64,000 nt of DNA from Promethearchaeota archaeon (GTDB taxonomy: Archaea; Asgardarchaeota; Lokiarchaeia; Sigyniarchaeales; SOKP01). The stretch lies in NCBI GenBank assembly GCA_019058445.1, contig JAHPZA010000006.1:128001-192000 (forward strand). The letters are read 5' to 3'. Every line of letters begins with the position of its first letter. The first letter of the stretch is position 1. The notes beneath the pieces were generated by a model. The model saw only the letters and a list, made by a program, of their open reading frames with translations, ran no database searches and had not been told where the DNA came from. A program made the position numbers and the translations under genes. Shown piece by piece: positions 62,689 to 64,000 of this stretch.

Positions 62689-63540
62689 TTGGTGAAAACT
62701 TTGGAATTAGGGTTTGGTTCATTTGGTCATTTTATGGAATTTGCCTTTACACAAAAGTTTGATAACGGAATAGATTTATTGTTAAAATCTACTGAGGCAG
62801 GTCTACTATTTGCCGAAGAAAATAATATTAAGATTTGTGAAATATTTTTTGATCCAGCAGATATATTTATAGAAGAGAATAAAGAGAAGTTTATTGATTT
62901 ATGCAATTCATTCTCAGTTAAAAAACAGATTCATGCCCCTCTTATTGATGTGTGCTTGTGTTCAACAAATCCATTTATTTCTAATACCACGCTGGATTTA
63001 TTTATCGAAATAAGTAAGATATGTGATAAAGTTGATGCCCAAGTCTTTAATATTTGTCCAGGAAGCTCCTTCCTCGCGAATTTTGATTCAATTAAAGCTT
63101 TCAATAGAAAAAGATTGATTGAGAGCACAACCAAATTGTTAGACGCGACTTCCAATTTAAACGTGAAAATTTGCATGGAACACATGCCGAATGCGTTTGG
63201 AATGAAAATGTTATTGTACTTGGAAGAAATTGAACAGTTTTTTTCTGAATTAAACAGAGAGGACATATTTATGACATGGGATACAAGCCATTCTTGGACT
63301 TGTGACATTGACCTTGAAATGTTTTGGGAAAAATTTCATAATATTATTAAAAATATTCATCTTTCTGATAATAATAACAAAAGAAGGGATGAGCATCCCG
63401 CTTTAGGTTCTGGAAAAGTAGATTTCGAAGAAATTTTTAATTTAATTCAAAAATACAACTATGATTGTAGCTTAATAGTAGAAGTTAGCTTTGCACGGGA
63501 TTTACCTAAAAGTCTAGCCTTTATAACAAAATTCTTATAA
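62689..63540 (+). CDS. sugar phosphate isomerase/epimerase (xylose isomerase-like TIM barrel)
   Basis: IHAP, ICME, WDTSH, IHLSDN...DEHxxLGSGxVDF and IVE motifs. Confidence 0.88.
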   Translation: MVKTLELGFGSFGHFMEFAFTQKFDNGIDLLLKSTEAGLLFAEENNIKICEIFFDPADIFIEENKEKFIDLCNSFSVKKQIHAPLIDVCLCSTNPFISNTTLDLFIEISKICDKVDAQVFNICPGSSFLANFDSIKAFNRKRLIESTTKLLDATSNLNVKICMEHMPNAFGMKMLLYLEEIEQFFSELNREDIFMTWDTSHSWTCDIDLEMFWEKFHNIIKNIHLSDNNNKRRDEHPALGSGKVDFEEIFNLIQKYNYDCSLIVEVSFARDLPKSLAFITKFL

Positions 63541-63610
63541 ATTATTGGTAAAGATTCAATTTTACTCTAAAATAAAACAGAAACAAAAATAGATCTTAAT
63601 TCCCTCACTA

Positions 63611-63710
63611 ATTATCGCTACTTTTCTCACTTTATATTCACATAAGCTGTTTTGATTTATTTATATTATAAGATATAGATTTAATTTGTCTTAACTCATA
63701 TTTTAAAATT
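63611..63710. repeat. repeat copy 3: shorter, more diverged copy of thiolase 5' end plus promoter
   Basis: ATTATCGCTACTTTTCTCACTTTAT ... GATATAGATTTAATTTGTCTT ... CATATTTTAAAATT. Confidence 0.8.
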
Positions 63711-63851
63711 TTCGATAGAAATTTTGAAATTGCTTCTTGAATTTTCTATGAAAATCATTTCTGAAAATAGAACTTTTATATATTTCAAAGATTAATGATA
63801 TAACGTTAAGTTAAATTATCAAATTGTTATTTAAATTATTAGTGAATTAAA

Positions 63852-64000
63852 ATGGCAAGACAAAAGGTTATTTTACCTGAGGAGGGAATTCCCCGAGATA
63901 AGCTTCTTAAAATAATGAAAGAAGCAAGTAAAGAGGATGCGAATTGGAAGGATGGAAAAACGTGGGGGTTGGTAAATCGTGCTAGTGATGAGCATACTGA
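63852..64000 (+). CDS. PLP-dependent decarboxylase / sphingosine-1-phosphate lyase-like protein, 3'-partial
   Basis: MARQKVILPEEGIPRDKLLKIMKEASKEDANWKDGKTWGLV..: LPxxG...D.xWxxG.....V N-terminus of group II PLP lyases; runs off the window end. Confidence 0.6.
   Translation, partial: MARQKVILPEEGIPRDKLLKIMKEASKEDANWKDGKTWGLVNRASDEHT

Noticed and set aside
782-63308. Numerous short antisense or overlapping ORFs in the ORF track (e.g. 782-1288, 1570-1890, 22159-22515, 62931-63308)
   Set aside because: They are shadows of well-supported genes on the opposite strand or frame, with no motifs or RBS.
61190-63710. Repeats as a CRISPR array or IS ends
   Set aside because: The copies are long, diverged, more than 1 kb apart and derived from a gene start; no cas or transposase genes are present.

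Overview
Low-GC archaeal chromosomal segment, most likely from an Asgard archaeon (Lokiarchaeia-like). This is inferred from divergent mtd/ftr H4MPT C1 genes, archaeal/eukaryote-type GlyRS, GGTGA ribosome-binding sites, many TPR and multi-TM/zinc-finger proteins, and an expanded lipid-catabolism gene set. About 24-61 kb is a lipid/acyl-CoA degradation region: six thiolase-fold proteins lacking the canonical nucleophilic Cys, six DUF35 Zn-ribbon/OB proteins, an SCP2 protein, acyl-CoA dehydrogenase, two enoyl-CoA hydratases, acyl-CoA ligase, FadH-like reductase, two BKACE enzymes, ADH, AOR and three paralogous polyferredoxin-like proteins. Main finding: two apparently broken genes are each interrupted by 29-30 nt hairpin inserts (one in the FadH-like reductase at 36188-38230, two in a thiolase-like gene at 59948-61275). 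The insert junctions fold into bulge-helix-bulge (BHB) motifs of the type cut by the archaeal tRNA splicing endonuclease. Cutting after the second nucleotide of each bulge removes all stops and frameshifts and restores full-length proteins (670 and 422 aa). These are candidate tRNA-type introns in metabolic mRNAs. Also seen: an unannotated 38-aa signal-peptide ORF that would release a 12-aa peptide, two genes that appear to start at ATT, a triplicated thiolase 5'-end/promoter segment separating unrelated cargo genes, and several pseudogene remnants. No tRNA, rRNA, CRISPR array or transposase was recognised.
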